64,000 bases of DNA. It comes from a virus. Below are positions 49,029-59,290 of this stretch, in pieces. Location of the stretch: positions 18,057-82,056 of the IMG/VR virus record IMGVR_UViG_3300045988_110327; one strand, given 5' to 3'. The notes beneath the pieces are model-generated. The model ran no database searches. It was not told the DNA's origin and was given only the letters and a program-made list of their open reading frames with translations. A program made the translations under genes and the position numbers. Each line of letters begins with the position of its first letter. The stretch's first letter is position 1.

Positions 49029-49498
49029 ATGAAATAATTTTGCTCTTTCTGCCTCCTTCGAAAGATTAACAAATAAAAAAAGCGTGGAGACTATTGGATA
49101 TTATGACATTGAGGCTCTGGACTGCCCATCGAACAATAATACACAATAGATCCACGCCTTATGCTGGTATATAGTTTGCCCTTTGTATTAAGCAAAGTGA
49201 TATACAACAACACAGGCGTAGAAACATTTGCTATTATCCTGTTCGATGAAATTGTCCAGATTTCAATGCCGGATAATATCTTAACGCTTCTACGTCTTAA
49301 CTCTAATACGTGAGGGCAAAGATATAGATATTTGGAAATGCAAACAACCCCATAACAACATTTTTATGAATATTGTTATGAGGTTGTAAGGTGTGCTGGT
49401 CAATGATTATTTTTTGGTAGTAGTGTAAAGTTGTATATAATCACCTTGAATTTTTCATATCTTTTCGTTTTTAATTGTTATAAAATAGGATGGGTTAC

Positions 49499-50560
49499 TT
49501 ACGCCCATCCCAGTTGTTTTGCAATACTTTCCATCTCGCTATACGCAATACGATGACATCCAGCAGTCAGCATATCGTTTTCATAACGATTGAACGCCCA
49601 TCTGTGACCGGTTACATCCAATGCCAAATCGTGCTGGAACTGACCGCCATTATGGAAGACCTTAATCAATCTCCAAAGTCTTTCAGCTTCAGTTAGTTCT
49701 ACTTTGATACCCTTACTGGTTTCGATTTTTCCATTCTTAATACGCAACCATACGTTCGGCTGATCATTCTCAAACCGACAATAATAACTTAACTGGGAAA
49801 TCTCGCCATACTTCCACATTTGTATCCGTTCTTCCAATGTTTTGTTACGGGCCTCTTCCTCTTTTCTTGCCTTTTCAAGGACTATAGCCTCTCTCTTTTC
49901 ACAACCTTCTGTCCATCTTTGGCATCTGATCGTATATTTAGCCCATGTTCCTTCACCACAAACTTCATCTACAATCACATTTACGGCTCCAAGGACTTCC
50001 AGTGCTTGATGATTCAACAATATCTGGAAAATACGTTTCAATTCACGGGCATGTTCACGTTTAATCTTATCTGATTTCAATGATAATTCATGGTTATTTC
50101 CAAACCATTCGTTTGCGCTCTTTTTAAGAAGACGCTGGGGAGTTTCCATATCGAAGAACTCAATATAACCCATCAGATTTTTAAACGCTCCCCAAACATT
50201 CTGATAAGGCAATTCAGTTCTGGCTTTTTTGTATTTTTCAATAGCATCTTTAATGGATTCCAACCCACTGGTGACAAATGCCATATTACCAGTATTTGAC
50301 ATATTATATCCAACACTGAATACCTTTGAGCCAGTTGGTATTGCTTCACGAATATAATATTGATGCTTGCTTGTAGTAGAAGAATAATATCCATCATTAA
50401 TCAAATACGCCTTTTCTCCACGCTTGTTCCGCACGATTCTTCCAGCCTCAAAATGTCTTCCATAGGAGTAAATACTTTCTCCTTCAAAATAGAAGTTACT
50501 ACCATTCGCTGATTCTTGCTTTTCGTTTGCCCATAAGTGAGCGACCATTGAATTGTTCAT
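49499..50560 (-). CDS. hypothetical protein, 353 aa
   Basis: ORF preceded (downstream side) by 470 bp AT-rich noncoding region. Confidence 0.65.
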   Translation of the reverse strand: MNNSMVAHLWANEKQESANGSNFYFEGESIYSYGRHFEAGRIVRNKRGEKAYLINDGYYSSTTSKHQYYIREAIPTGSKVFSVGYNMSNTGNMAFVTSGLESIKDAIEKYKKARTELPYQNVWGAFKNLMGYIEFFDMETPQRLLKKSANEWFGNNHELSLKSDKIKREHARELKRIFQILLNHQALEVLGAVNVIVDEVCGEGTWAKYTIRCQRWTEGCEKREAIVLEKARKEEEARNKTLEERIQMWKYGEISQLSYYCRFENDQPNVWLRIKNGKIETSKGIKVELTEAERLWRLIKVFHNGGQFQHDLALDVTGHRWAFNRYENDMLTAGCHRIAYSEMESIAKQLGWA

Positions 50561-50572
50561 ATAAATATCTTT

Positions 50573-50863
50573 TTAATTGTTTAACTCATTTCTGTTGTAT
50601 GGCTCCCTCTTTTCGTATTTTTCAATTCGTTCGATTATCATATCGCAGAAAACTTGTCCCTCTTTTTCGGAACCTCTAAAGTAACCAATCATCTTCAGGA
50701 TATTTCCGTCAAACTCATGGATAAACTTGTTGTAATAATGCTCGCCCATTACCCGTCCGTATTTTTCTACGAACAAATCCTTATCCAATGATTCATTTTT
50801 AAAACAACGATTATAATCCCATCTTACAATACGAAATAGTGTTTCAAAATCCAATCTTTTCAT
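50573..50863 (-). CDS. hypothetical protein, 96 aa
   Basis: ORF. Confidence 0.55.
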   Translation of the reverse strand: MKRLDFETLFRIVRWDYNRCFKNESLDKDLFVEKYGRVMGEHYYNKFIHEFDGNILKMIGYFRGSEKEGQVFCDMIIERIEKYEKREPYNRNELNN

Positions 50864-50874
50864 ATCCTATGTTT

Positions 50875-51594
50875 TTATTTAAGTTCAAATTTGATTCCTT
50901 TCAACAATTGAGATCTATTTACGTTATTTACAAAATTATCAAACTCTTTTTGTGTGATTTTGTTTTCACAATTATTCCAGTTGAAAGATAAAGTATTTGA
51001 ATGAGGGTAATATATAGCATTATCAGTAGACAACCCATAATCAAACACACAGAGCATTATCTTCTTTTCTGCTTCTGCTTGTCTGATTCTCTTATCGTAT
51101 CGCTCACAAATTTCAGCACGCTTTTTCATCATCTTTGCCTTATGAGCCTCTTCCCTACGTTTTTCTATATTCTCTGTGGAATAATACCCTGCTTTAATGC
51201 ACTCTTCAACAAGAGATCGTTCCTCGTCTGTTAGTGTCAGGGTAAATCTTTCCTTTTCCGGCATATATGGATTTACCCATTTCTTTCCACACAACTTTTC
51301 AAGTTCCGCAATAAGCTCTTCTGATTCTCTTTTCCATCTATTCACTATTCCAAGATTGAAAAGCATATACTTGAAATACATCTTATCTTCATAGGCTTTA
51401 TATAATTCTATGCATTCTTGTTCTGATATACGCAAATACTTCATTGCCACAGACATACCACTTCTTTTAACGTGATATATTCCATTTTCTACCGGATACA
51501 GAGGAGCACCATAATGATTACAACAATGCAACGGTATGAATTTAGCTAATTCCGGGCAGTGTTTTATAATCACATCGTGATAGCAACCACTCAA
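50875..51594 (-). CDS. hypothetical protein, 239 aa (TTG start in ORF track; true start may be internal)
   Basis: ORF. Confidence 0.5.
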   Translation of the reverse strand: MSGCYHDVIIKHCPELAKFIPLHCCNHYGAPLYPVENGIYHVKRSGMSVAMKYLRISEQECIELYKAYEDKMYFKYMLFNLGIVNRWKRESEELIAELEKLCGKKWVNPYMPEKERFTLTLTDEERSLVEECIKAGYYSTENIEKRREEAHKAKMMKKRAEICERYDKRIRQAEAEKKIMLCVFDYGLSTDNAIYYPHSNTLSFNWNNCENKITQKEFDNFVNNVNRSQLLKGIKFELK

Positions 51595-51782
51595 GTATTC
51601 TTCGTATATTCCATATTTGTTTTTCCATCTAATATCGGCTATTATACTCCAGTCGCATATATTGTTATGACAATCGTCGTTCTACGATACTGTGGTTCGT
51701 ATTCTATATTCGTTTCCGTTTTCTGTAAAGAATTTTGTACTTGAATAAATTAGTTTGTTTGCAGTTTCCATATTATTTTAGT

Positions 51783-52019
51783 TTAATCATTATACTTGTG
51801 AAAAATAAAATCGGCACAATTTCCCGCTATATTATTAGCGTCATTGCACCGATAAAATCCTTCTGTTTCCCAGTCTACATCTACGGGATATCCTTCTGCT
51901 TGTTTCAAGAAATTATTAATTTCCTTTTCTTCTTCATCCGATAAACCAGTATAATCACCATTTATCAGAGCACAAGCCCAATAAGCCGGAAGCCTGTATG
52001 TTATTATCTCTATACTCAT
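51783..52019 (-). CDS. small acidic protein, 78 aa (LPAYWACALINGDYTGLSDEEE), anti-restriction-like candidate
   Basis: ORF; acidic. Confidence 0.5.
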   Translation of the reverse strand: MSIEIITYRLPAYWACALINGDYTGLSDEEEKEINNFLKQAEGYPVDVDWETEGFYRCNDANNIAGNCADFIFHKYND

Positions 52020-52408
52020 AACTTCATTAGTTTACAATGACAATCTTCAAATACAGGGACCAAACCCTGCTCTCTGAAATATGCGGTCGCTATTTTAAAA
52101 ACGTACAAGGCAGGTCTTTCCTGGATATTTTGTTGTGTTTTATAAAGAGATATTGGTTGGCAAACATAGAATTTCTCATTACCAAGACATCCAAAAACTC
52201 TATCCATTGTAATTTCATTACAATTAGTACCACCCAGCATAATTAAATCGCATCCGGTCTTTCTGGTTCCCAAAATAAATATCTTGTTCTTGTTTTCAGG
52301 AAGCATAAATATTTCCTTATCAATCTTAAACCAATCACTCTGGCAACTTTCTACATCCCGGAGAACAATCTCATCAATCTCACGGGCATATTCTTCTTGT
52401 GTTTTCAT
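52016..52408 (-). CDS. hypothetical protein, 130 aa
   Basis: ORF, 4 nt overlap. Confidence 0.55.
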   Translation of the reverse strand: MKTQEEYAREIDEIVLRDVESCQSDWFKIDKEIFMLPENKNKIFILGTRKTGCDLIMLGGTNCNEITMDRVFGCLGNEKFYVCQPISLYKTQQNIQERPALYVFKIATAYFREQGLVPVFEDCHCKLMKL

Positions 52409-52419
52409 AAGGCATATTG

Positions 52420-52890
52420 TTAATAATGATAACTGAATACGTTTCCTATTTTAATGACTGTTCCAGGCTTTAAACCTTGAACCCATTCTATTAGTGTTAT
52501 TGGGTATTCTACAATATATCCCGAATATGAATCAATGTAAAAACGATATGGGTATCCACAAATCCCATATTTTACTGCATTAATAATATTATGTTTAGTC
52601 ATACTTTTGTCAGCATTCATTTTATCTACCTCATTTTGTATAGCACGTATCCAGTCTACTTTTATATCCTCTACGTTACCATTGTAGACAATTTCATCAT
52701 CAATCTCCCCCTTGTCAAATATTTTACCAAGACAAGGGTCATTTAGTAAATCCTTAATCTCTCTATTTCTGTCACATTCTTGTATTTCTTCCATGTAATC
52801 TATAGATGTGTCATTATAGGAGATTTCCTCATCCATGTATTTCCCTGTATATTTTGACTTTTCTTCTAATTCAAATATTATTCCATTCAT
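52420..52890 (-). CDS. hypothetical protein, 156 aa
   Basis: ORF. Confidence 0.55.
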   Translation of the reverse strand: MNGIIFELEEKSKYTGKYMDEEISYNDTSIDYMEEIQECDRNREIKDLLNDPCLGKIFDKGEIDDEIVYNGNVEDIKVDWIRAIQNEVDKMNADKSMTKHNIINAVKYGICGYPYRFYIDSYSGYIVEYPITLIEWVQGLKPGTVIKIGNVFSYHY

Positions 52891-52902
52891 AAAGCATTTT
52901 TT

Positions 52903-53262
52903 TTAAATGTAGTTATATAATTTCTGAATAAAATCACTCATGGCATCAGCATGTTCTCTAAGGTCATACCAATCCATTTTATCAACTTCCCAAGGTCTAT
53001 TTTCCTTTATATATGGATAAGATATATCGGTGTCTCCTATCTTCAAATTAATCAACTCATCTATTATCGACTCAGGTTTACCGATGATAAAATACCAATA
53101 CATTTCTCCCTTATCGTATTCTTCCAATTCGTTATTCCAAAACTCTTCTGACGTCATAGAAGGGCATTCACTTACTAACTTTTCCCAAGCATTACTGTTC
53201 TTATTTTTAGACCAATATACTTTTTTATTCTGTTCTGTGATAGGAATTTTTACTATTTTCAT
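52903..53262 (-). CDS. hypothetical protein, 119 aa
   Basis: ORF. Confidence 0.55.
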   Translation of the reverse strand: MKIVKIPITEQNKKVYWSKNKNSNAWEKLVSECPSMTSEEFWNNELEEYDKGEMYWYFIIGKPESIIDELINLKIGDTDISYPYIKENRPWEVDKMDWYDLREHADAMSDFIQKLYNYI

Positions 53263-53275
53263 ATTTGCATAAATT

Positions 53276-53689
53276 CTAAAAGAAACTCCAACAATATGTT
53301 ACGATAAATTCTCCCATCCCGTATTCAGCAAGCTGCTTAAACGATTCTATTCCATTACAATAATAAAAAACATCATCATTATCATCATCATTGATACTCA
53401 GCGATAGTTTGATTGTCGTTCTTTTATCGTCTCCTGTCCCTTTCCATACAATCTGACATTCTACGTATTCAGGCTCCCTACCTGTTCTTTCTATAAATTC
53501 ATGAAACCTTAAATCAATTTCATGTTTGACTTCTTCAATGTCGGATATTATCACCTCGTTTTCACAATCCCCGCAAATAGCATGCGCGAAAGATCCATCA
53601 AAATAATCTATTATTTTTCCGGTATTCGGATTTACTATGGCTTCACAGGCAACATTTGTTCCACCACATCTTGTACATATATATCCCAT
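53276..53689 (-). CDS. zinc-ribbon hypothetical protein, 137 aa (CTRCGG...CGDC)
   Basis: ORF; Cys pairs. Confidence 0.55.
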   Translation of the reverse strand: MGYICTRCGGTNVACEAIVNPNTGKIIDYFDGSFAHAICGDCENEVIISDIEEVKHEIDLRFHEFIERTGREPEYVECQIVWKGTGDDKRTTIKLSLSINDDDNDDVFYYCNGIESFKQLAEYGMGEFIVTYCWSFF

Positions 53690-53691
53690 AA

Positions 53692-54084
53692 TTATCTGTT
53701 TTTAAAATGTTCAATAATTTCATCTACTGTAGCCTTACGCCATGTAATACAGCCCGCGTCTCCCCTGAACCGGAACTCTTCGCATTTTACCCACCTGTCT
53801 CCTGTGGCGTCCGTCACTATCAGCCATTGACCTAAGTCAGTATTATTTGCTAATGCTGCTATAGCCAGAAACATATCATTATTGGTTCCACAATCTATCC
53901 ATCCTTTATCCTTCCATGCTCTTGCTGATTTTTCTTGCAATTCCATGTATTTTAATATTTCTGGATTTGTGACTATGCAATTAGCTCCTTTTTCTTTCAC
54001 CAGCCAACGATATCTTAATGACATGAGGCTTTCTCTCAATTCTTTGGTGTTCTTTCTGATAATACACCCTCGTGATCTCCCCAT
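53692..54084 (-). CDS. hypothetical protein, 130 aa
   Basis: ORF. Confidence 0.55.
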   Translation of the reverse strand: MGRSRGCIIRKNTKELRESLMSLRYRWLVKEKGANCIVTNPEILKYMELQEKSARAWKDKGWIDCGTNNDMFLAIAALANNTDLGQWLIVTDATGDRWVKCEEFRFRGDAGCITWRKATVDEIIEHFKNR

Positions 54085-54088
54085 CTCC

Positions 54089-54931
54089 TTATTCTTTCAA
54101 GTTATGTTCTTCCATTATTTCTTCTATCAATTCGTCTGTTTCCATATAATATCCCCAACAAGAATCAATCTCTTCCCATTCTTCTTCCTCTTCATCCTCC
54201 CTGGATTCATCTTCGTATTTCTTGACAAATTTCACTTTCTTTTCAAGCACATACCCCTTTACATCTCCCCACATCCACATACCTATGGATTTCACTTCAT
54301 CATCAATCAATTTATCAATTTGGGTTTCCCAATCGGAAGTATTATTACTAACCATTTTTGTGTACCTTTCCTTTGTACAAAAAGCTATACCTTCAATATA
54401 ATCTCCTTGGCAATATCCTCTTGTGGACCATTCTTTGACAAATATATCCTTACCTAAGTTTGAAAGAATCTGAATCAATTCTTCTCGTTCCAAGTCTTCT
54501 ATAAATTCATACGTATAATCATACGTGTAAAGATCTGATGGAGAAATGCTAAAAATTTCTTTATATCCCTTATGTTTAGTGTATTGGTAATTGTCATACC
54601 ATTCTAAATACCGCATTTTATCATGGTTATCATATCTCATTCGATAACCGTCAATCTTGCCTTTCTTAAAATAATTCAGCAAGTCTTTCCATTCAACATA
54701 TTCACTAATAAGTTTATGTAGTGTATCTATAAGTGAGTGTCGGCTATCTCCGTATTTACCAAACACTTCTCTCCAATCGCACACATCTTGCAGTCGAGAT
54801 AAATCGCTATATTCCCATAAGAAACATGCTGCCATATCCCAACTTTCACAAGGACATGCACTGTCAGTATCATAGTATATTTTTATACGATAATTCCCTA
54901 CTTCTTTTGTTGTGATAAGTCCGTCTTCCAT
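54089..54931 (-). CDS. hypothetical protein, 280 aa, strongly acidic C-terminus (EDESREDEEEEEWEEID)
   Basis: ORF. Confidence 0.6.
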   Translation of the reverse strand: MEDGLITTKEVGNYRIKIYYDTDSACPCESWDMAACFLWEYSDLSRLQDVCDWREVFGKYGDSRHSLIDTLHKLISEYVEWKDLLNYFKKGKIDGYRMRYDNHDKMRYLEWYDNYQYTKHKGYKEIFSISPSDLYTYDYTYEFIEDLEREELIQILSNLGKDIFVKEWSTRGYCQGDYIEGIAFCTKERYTKMVSNNTSDWETQIDKLIDDEVKSIGMWMWGDVKGYVLEKKVKFVKKYEDESREDEEEEEWEEIDSCWGYYMETDELIEEIMEEHNLKE

Positions 54932-54942
54932 GTCTTTATATT

Positions 54943-55401
54943 TTAAATAGTTCCTAACTTTTTATCAATAAATTCATCTATTTCATCATAGTATGATCCA
55001 TCAAAATCACAATTCCCATATTTCTCTGTAAACTCTTTAGCCCACTCTCGAATGATGTTAAACGCCTGTCCCCTGCTATACCCTTTTGGTCCTGTTAGAT
55101 ACTCCACAGCTTCCACCGATAACTCTTGTAGATTTCGTAAGTAATTCAAACCTATGCTATATGGTAGCTTACCTACTTCTATACATACATGATGACCTTG
55201 TTTAAAGGTATCCTGTAAATCTTCCAAACTTTCTATCAATGACTCGGACTCATCATCTACTCTCACCTTGTATAACTCAAAATCTTCATTTTCTGCCGAC
55301 ACCCATATCTTGTAGGCTTTTTCGTTGGACAATCTTTTCCAAACAAATCCGTCACTGAATACAATTAGGCTACCTGTTACTATCGTATTTTTCATAATCA
55401 C
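54943..55401 (-). CDS. hypothetical protein, 152 aa
   Basis: ORF. Confidence 0.55.
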   Translation of the reverse strand: MIMKNTIVTGSLIVFSDGFVWKRLSNEKAYKIWVSAENEDFELYKVRVDDESESLIESLEDLQDTFKQGHHVCIEVGKLPYSIGLNYLRNLQELSVEAVEYLTGPKGYSRGQAFNIIREWAKEFTEKYGNCDFDGSYYDEIDEFIDKKLGTI

Positions 55402-55404
55402 TTT

Positions 55405-55719
55405 CTAATCTGTTACTCTGTAATAATAATCAAGCTCTTCTCCCTTAAAGTTGTTCATGGCATACTCGTCGGCTTCCCGCCACAACCGGTCATACAATGC
55501 AGCCAGTTCACGATTGCTTTCATAATGCTGCCAGATTTTATGATTCAATACCAGCGTCAATTCTGTAAAGAACTTATAATCGTCTTTCCATTCATTAAAC
55601 GCTCTTTTGTAGGTATCTTTGACACCTGCTATACCATACTTGTTGGCTATGCTGAAATCTCCCCAAAAGGTGGTTATTAGGTCATAGCCGTTCTCCTGCA
55701 TAAATTCTTTGAATGTCAT
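55405..55719 (-). CDS. hypothetical protein, 104 aa
   Basis: ORF. Confidence 0.55.
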   Translation of the reverse strand: MTFKEFMQENGYDLITTFWGDFSIANKYGIAGVKDTYKRAFNEWKDDYKFFTELTLVLNHKIWQHYESNRELAALYDRLWREADEYAMNNFKGEELDYYYRVTD

Positions 55720-55730
55720 AAACTATTATT

Positions 55731-56198
55731 TTAGGTATATAATTGCCTTATCTTATTAATGATCTCTTCCTTAAATTCGTAATACTCATATATACGACCT
55801 TTGTAGTCAGCTATCATTTCTTCAATCTTACTTTTGGATGCCCATAACCCATAATACACATAGCAATCCGATAATCTATCTACTGAAGAAACACCAATCA
55901 ACATCATTTTGGAAAATGGATTTCCCTCTTTTTCCAATTCTTCTCTTGCTCTCTCTGTCACCGCATCCCACCATTGCCCTTCACACTTCTCTATCTCTCC
56001 GTTGTTAAGTACGATATCGAACTTTCTACCTCCGAAAGCTTCTCTTCTCTCATTTCTCTTTGCAAGGAAATCATAGAATATACCTCCTATCCTTCCAATA
56101 ATGGTATCATCTCCGTACTTTGTACTAATTTTATCAGGCATTTCATCGAAGACGAGGTACTTATAGTCTCCTGATTCAACTACGTATAATAAATTCAT
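55731..56198 (-). CDS. hypothetical protein, 155 aa
   Basis: ORF. Confidence 0.55.
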   Translation of the reverse strand: MNLLYVVESGDYKYLVFDEMPDKISTKYGDDTIIGRIGGIFYDFLAKRNERREAFGGRKFDIVLNNGEIEKCEGQWWDAVTERAREELEKEGNPFSKMMLIGVSSVDRLSDCYVYYGLWASKSKIEEMIADYKGRIYEYYEFKEEIINKIRQLYT

Positions 56199-56209
56199 GA
56201 TCTATTCCT

Positions 56210-56689
56210 TTAGATGTAAGTTATGCCGCCAACCTTAATCTGCATTATATCGTTTTCAAGCATAATGAAATTATTTTGTTTTATGGATCCAAATATCAAT
56301 CCATATACACTTACCGTATTAAACGGCCTAACAGTGTGAAAATCTTCATTTAGCTTTACTCTGTTTTTATCCCAATATCCCAAATCGTTGATAGTTATAG
56401 GGAATCCTCCTATGTTGTTATACCTGTAGTAATTGTTTTTATTGAAAACTATTTTCTTTATTAATAGGTTCCCGACGCTTTTCATGTTGAATCCGGACAA
56501 CTCTATCTGTTCTGAAATATAATTAATCAAATTATTATGATACGTGTTTGGCTTATCTTCTCTCTTGTCAATGATTTTCTTCCATTTCTTCGTTAGTGGA
56601 ACCCTAATATCCATATATGTATTAAATACTACTATGGTGGGACATTCTTCTTCAAACTTAGTTAAATCTTCTACTCTCATAATTATCAA
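56210..56689 (-). CDS. hypothetical protein, 159 aa
   Basis: ORF. Confidence 0.55.
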   Translation of the reverse strand: MIIMRVEDLTKFEEECPTIVVFNTYMDIRVPLTKKWKKIIDKREDKPNTYHNNLINYISEQIELSGFNMKSVGNLLIKKIVFNKNNYYRYNNIGGFPITINDLGYWDKNRVKLNEDFHTVRPFNTVSVYGLIFGSIKQNNFIMLENDIMQIKVGGITYI

Positions 56690-57021
56690 ACTTTTTCATT
56701 ATCATACAATTCTCTTGTATATGGACTGTATATTGTTCCAGATTCTACTGCCCCTGGCTCTACGGCCATCAATCCTACACCTACCTCATAATACAATTCA
56801 AGGTCTATTGGCATCATCGCCTCCTTCTTTGCTTCTTCTTCGCTTAAGCCGGAAAGCATCAAACATTCTACTTTGTTTGCATATGCAATAGGAAACCTCT
56901 CTGGATCTAATCTTACTGAAATTATTTCAGCATCCTCTGCACTATTAAGAACTAACTTATTTTTCATATTTATATTGTTTTCGCTGTTCACTATCTGATT
57001 AATATATGGGCCTGGCCACAA
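56686..57021 (-). CDS. hypothetical protein, 111 aa (TTG start embedded in GC hairpin; alternative ATG at 56966)
   Basis: ORF. Confidence 0.5.
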   Translation of the reverse strand: MWPGPYINQIVNSENNINMKNKLVLNSAEDAEIISVRLDPERFPIAYANKVECLMLSGLSEEEAKKEAMMPIDLELYYEVGVGLMAVEPGAVESGTIYSPYTRELYDNEKV

Positions 57022-57058
57022 ACAGCCAGGCTGACCTCATGCCAGGGCGGGCTCCGCC
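57009..57058 (-). promoter_or_regulatory. pair of GC-rich hairpins (GGCGG-AGC-CCGCC and GCCUGGC-UGUUUGUG-GCCAGGC) between genes, second one occluding the downstream start codon
   Basis: Only strongly GC-rich intergenic spot in this part of the AT-rich block. Confidence 0.35.
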
Positions 57059-57247
57059 TTACTCTGGCTGTTCCACCCACTCCCTGTATCCCACGTTAAA
57101 ACCAATAGGATCATACCTTTTGATCATAGTGCCATAATTCTCTCTACCGCAATACCTGTTCTTTCCTCCAATGATCCATGCCTCATCGTCTCTATCTGGA
57201 GATAGAGAGTTAAGATACTTCTCATAATCTTTTCTACTCTTTCCCAT
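57059..57247 (-). CDS. small hypothetical protein, 62 aa
   Basis: ORF. Confidence 0.45.
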   Translation of the reverse strand: MGKSRKDYEKYLNSLSPDRDDEAWIIGGKNRYCGRENYGTMIKRYDPIGFNVGYREWVEQPE

Positions 57248-57602
57248 CTTTGTCTTGATTTAAGCAATAGTTAATAAAATAAGCAACCTGTTCATTTTCC
57301 CCTGGATTGCTATAATCATAAAAAGTCATATCAGTATAATCCAGCATGACTACACGAAAATCGTTTTTTTTGACATACACTTCCGTTAAATACATAGAAT
57401 TTCCATCAATTTCTATTATCACTGGAAACTGATCATCAAAGTCAAACACGTTATTAGCTTCTTGCCATTCTTTAAACTCTTTAAATTTTAGCTTTACGCT
57501 TCCACCGTTCTCCGTTAATGCTTCTTTGATGTACTTTAATCTTTTTGCATTCAGACTGACCTCTGCTTCTTCTATTTCTTTATACAATTTATTTAGATCC
57601 AT
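57234..57602 (-). CDS. hypothetical protein, 122 aa
   Basis: ORF. Confidence 0.55.
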   Translation of the reverse strand: MDLNKLYKEIEEAEVSLNAKRLKYIKEALTENGGSVKLKFKEFKEWQEANNVFDFDDQFPVIIEIDGNSMYLTEVYVKKNDFRVVMLDYTDMTFYDYSNPGENEQVAYFINYCLNQDKDGKE

Positions 57603-58104
57603 ATTCCACTATATTTATGTTGTCAAATTTTTCTTTTATAATATCCAAGGCGCCACACTCGTTTGTTATCATAGCATGCTTTCCTGGCTTCATTCTCCAC
57701 AGATTAAAATACCTTGTCACATTCATAGTGGCATTAAATAATGATATTTCGTATCTTGTGTTCCCATTTTCATCATGTCCCGCTTTTTTAAAATAACATA
57801 GGGTCGGCTTGTATTTGAAATAATTAAAAAGCCTGTACCATCCCTTTCCGTTACATGTTTCACAATTCCATATTCCAGCAAGCTTCCTATATCCCCTTAC
57901 CGGTATTCTCTCTATTTCTTTTGGTACGATCTTGACATACTTTCCTTCTCCGATTGGTATGGTTATATTACCTGCCTCTTTCGTGCAAAAGTATTCTATT
58001 TCAGATGCCATTCCTTTATACATATAGAACCGGTATAAGTTCCCGTCAGGGTCTACCCGATCCATGTAATATAAAACCACTTTGTCTACTTTTATCGTTT
58101 TCAT
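57589..58104 (-). CDS. hypothetical protein, 171 aa
   Basis: ORF. Confidence 0.55.
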   Translation of the reverse strand: MKTIKVDKVVLYYMDRVDPDGNLYRFYMYKGMASEIEYFCTKEAGNITIPIGEGKYVKIVPKEIERIPVRGYRKLAGIWNCETCNGKGWYRLFNYFKYKPTLCYFKKAGHDENGNTRYEISLFNATMNVTRYFNLWRMKPGKHAMITNECGALDIIKEKFDNINIVEYGSK

Positions 58105-58352
58105 TCCTTTATTCTCCTTATCTTTAAATTGTCATTCTTACAGTATTTCTTCAGCCAATCATCCGTTAGATAACGATTAACTCTATCATATTTCTTTTTC
58201 GGACCCTTGCTCCAGAATTTCCATTCGTTTGTAATATCGTTCCCATATTTATCAAACCAATAGATATAATATACTACGTTACCGTATAAATCCACTTTGT
58301 TTCTCTCCTGTATGATTACCTCGTAAGGCATTTCCTTGTCTCTTTTCTCCAT
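58101..58352 (-). CDS. hypothetical protein, 83 aa
   Basis: ORF. Confidence 0.5.
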   Translation of the reverse strand: MEKRDKEMPYEVIIQERNKVDLYGNVVYYIYWFDKYGNDITNEWKFWSKGPKKKYDRVNRYLTDDWLKKYCKNDNLKIRRIKE

Positions 58353-58428
58353 CTTTATCCTCCTTTCTTAAAAAAAAAACGACACCTATCTTCACAGACC
58401 AGTGCCGGTAACTAACTTACCTGGAAAA

Positions 58429-58839
58429 CTACTTAACCTCAACTAATTCTACAGAGTTGTAGAATTTAGTGAAGCTACCAACAAATTCTCTTATATTATT
58501 GTATTCTTCTGGTCGTTTTCTGTTATCGTCTTTTACATAATTTACCCACAGTCTATCCTCTATGTTCTTAATCGCATTCTCTATCGTAAATTCGTCGCTG
58601 ACGCTCATTAAACACGAAGACCCGGTTTTCTTATGTGGTTTATATATCCTTGAAAAAGACCACATTTTTATTCTATCATATATATATCCGTTGTTGGGAT
58701 AAACGAATCCTATCCGGCTGTCACCTTCTTTGGCGTAAAATACACCCGGCTCCTTTCCGCCCTTTCTATATACCACAAATCCTTTTTCTTTTAGGATCTT
58801 AACTACTTTATCTAATTTGTTTTCTACGTTCATTTTCAT
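58429..58839 (-). CDS. hypothetical protein, 136 aa
   Basis: ORF. Confidence 0.55.
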   Translation of the reverse strand: MKMNVENKLDKVVKILKEKGFVVYRKGGKEPGVFYAKEGDSRIGFVYPNNGYIYDRIKMWSFSRIYKPHKKTGSSCLMSVSDEFTIENAIKNIEDRLWVNYVKDDNRKRPEEYNNIREFVGSFTKFYNSVELVEVK

Positions 58840-59290
58840 GCAAAAATTTAAAAACGACCCTCATTATATCTCCAAAGTTCTCCACCTTAACCCACTCATT
58901 AGCCACTGCTCTAAGTACAGACGTTTCGTATGTTGGAACATTGTCTTCTTCAATCATCTTACAGGAAGCCAGAACTCCTTCGGTCGGCTTTAGTCCACGG
59001 TCATGCAGCTCGCAGAGACCGTCTGGCCGGCGGAATGCGCACCACCCGTCTTTCTCTGTCGGCTGGATCATCGCTATTGGTTTTTCCTTCACTGCAAGAT
59101 ACCCTACCATCCACATTGTTTCTTTTAACCTATCAGCGTATCCGGCATCTATGATAGCCTCTATGTCTTTTGGCGTACCAATACAAGGAATCTTACACAT
59201 GTTCTTGCATTTATCACATGTACAAGGTTGCTCCCATCTATTATGATCTATGCCTACCAACTTCTTTATCCGTTCTACTTCCTCTTTCAT
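58808..59290 (-). CDS. Cys-cluster protein (CTCDKCKNMCKIPC), possible Zn/Fe-chelating YkgJ-like domain, 160 aa
   Basis: Clustered cysteines near N-terminus plus further Cys. Confidence 0.5.
   Translation of the reverse strand: MKEEVERIKKLVGIDHNRWEQPCTCDKCKNMCKIPCIGTPKDIEAIIDAGYADRLKETMWMVGYLAVKEKPIAMIQPTEKDGWCAFRRPDGLCELHDRGLKPTEGVLASCKMIEEDNVPTYETSVLRAVANEWVKVENFGDIMRVVFKFLHENERRKQIR

Noticed and set aside
49029-49498. Specific -33 TTTG / -7 TAnnTTTG Bacteroidota promoter calls in the long AT-rich intergenic regions
   Set aside because: Several near-matches exist but none has the correct spacing with both elements intact. A chance match is too likely in ~70 percent AT sequence to annotate individual promoters.
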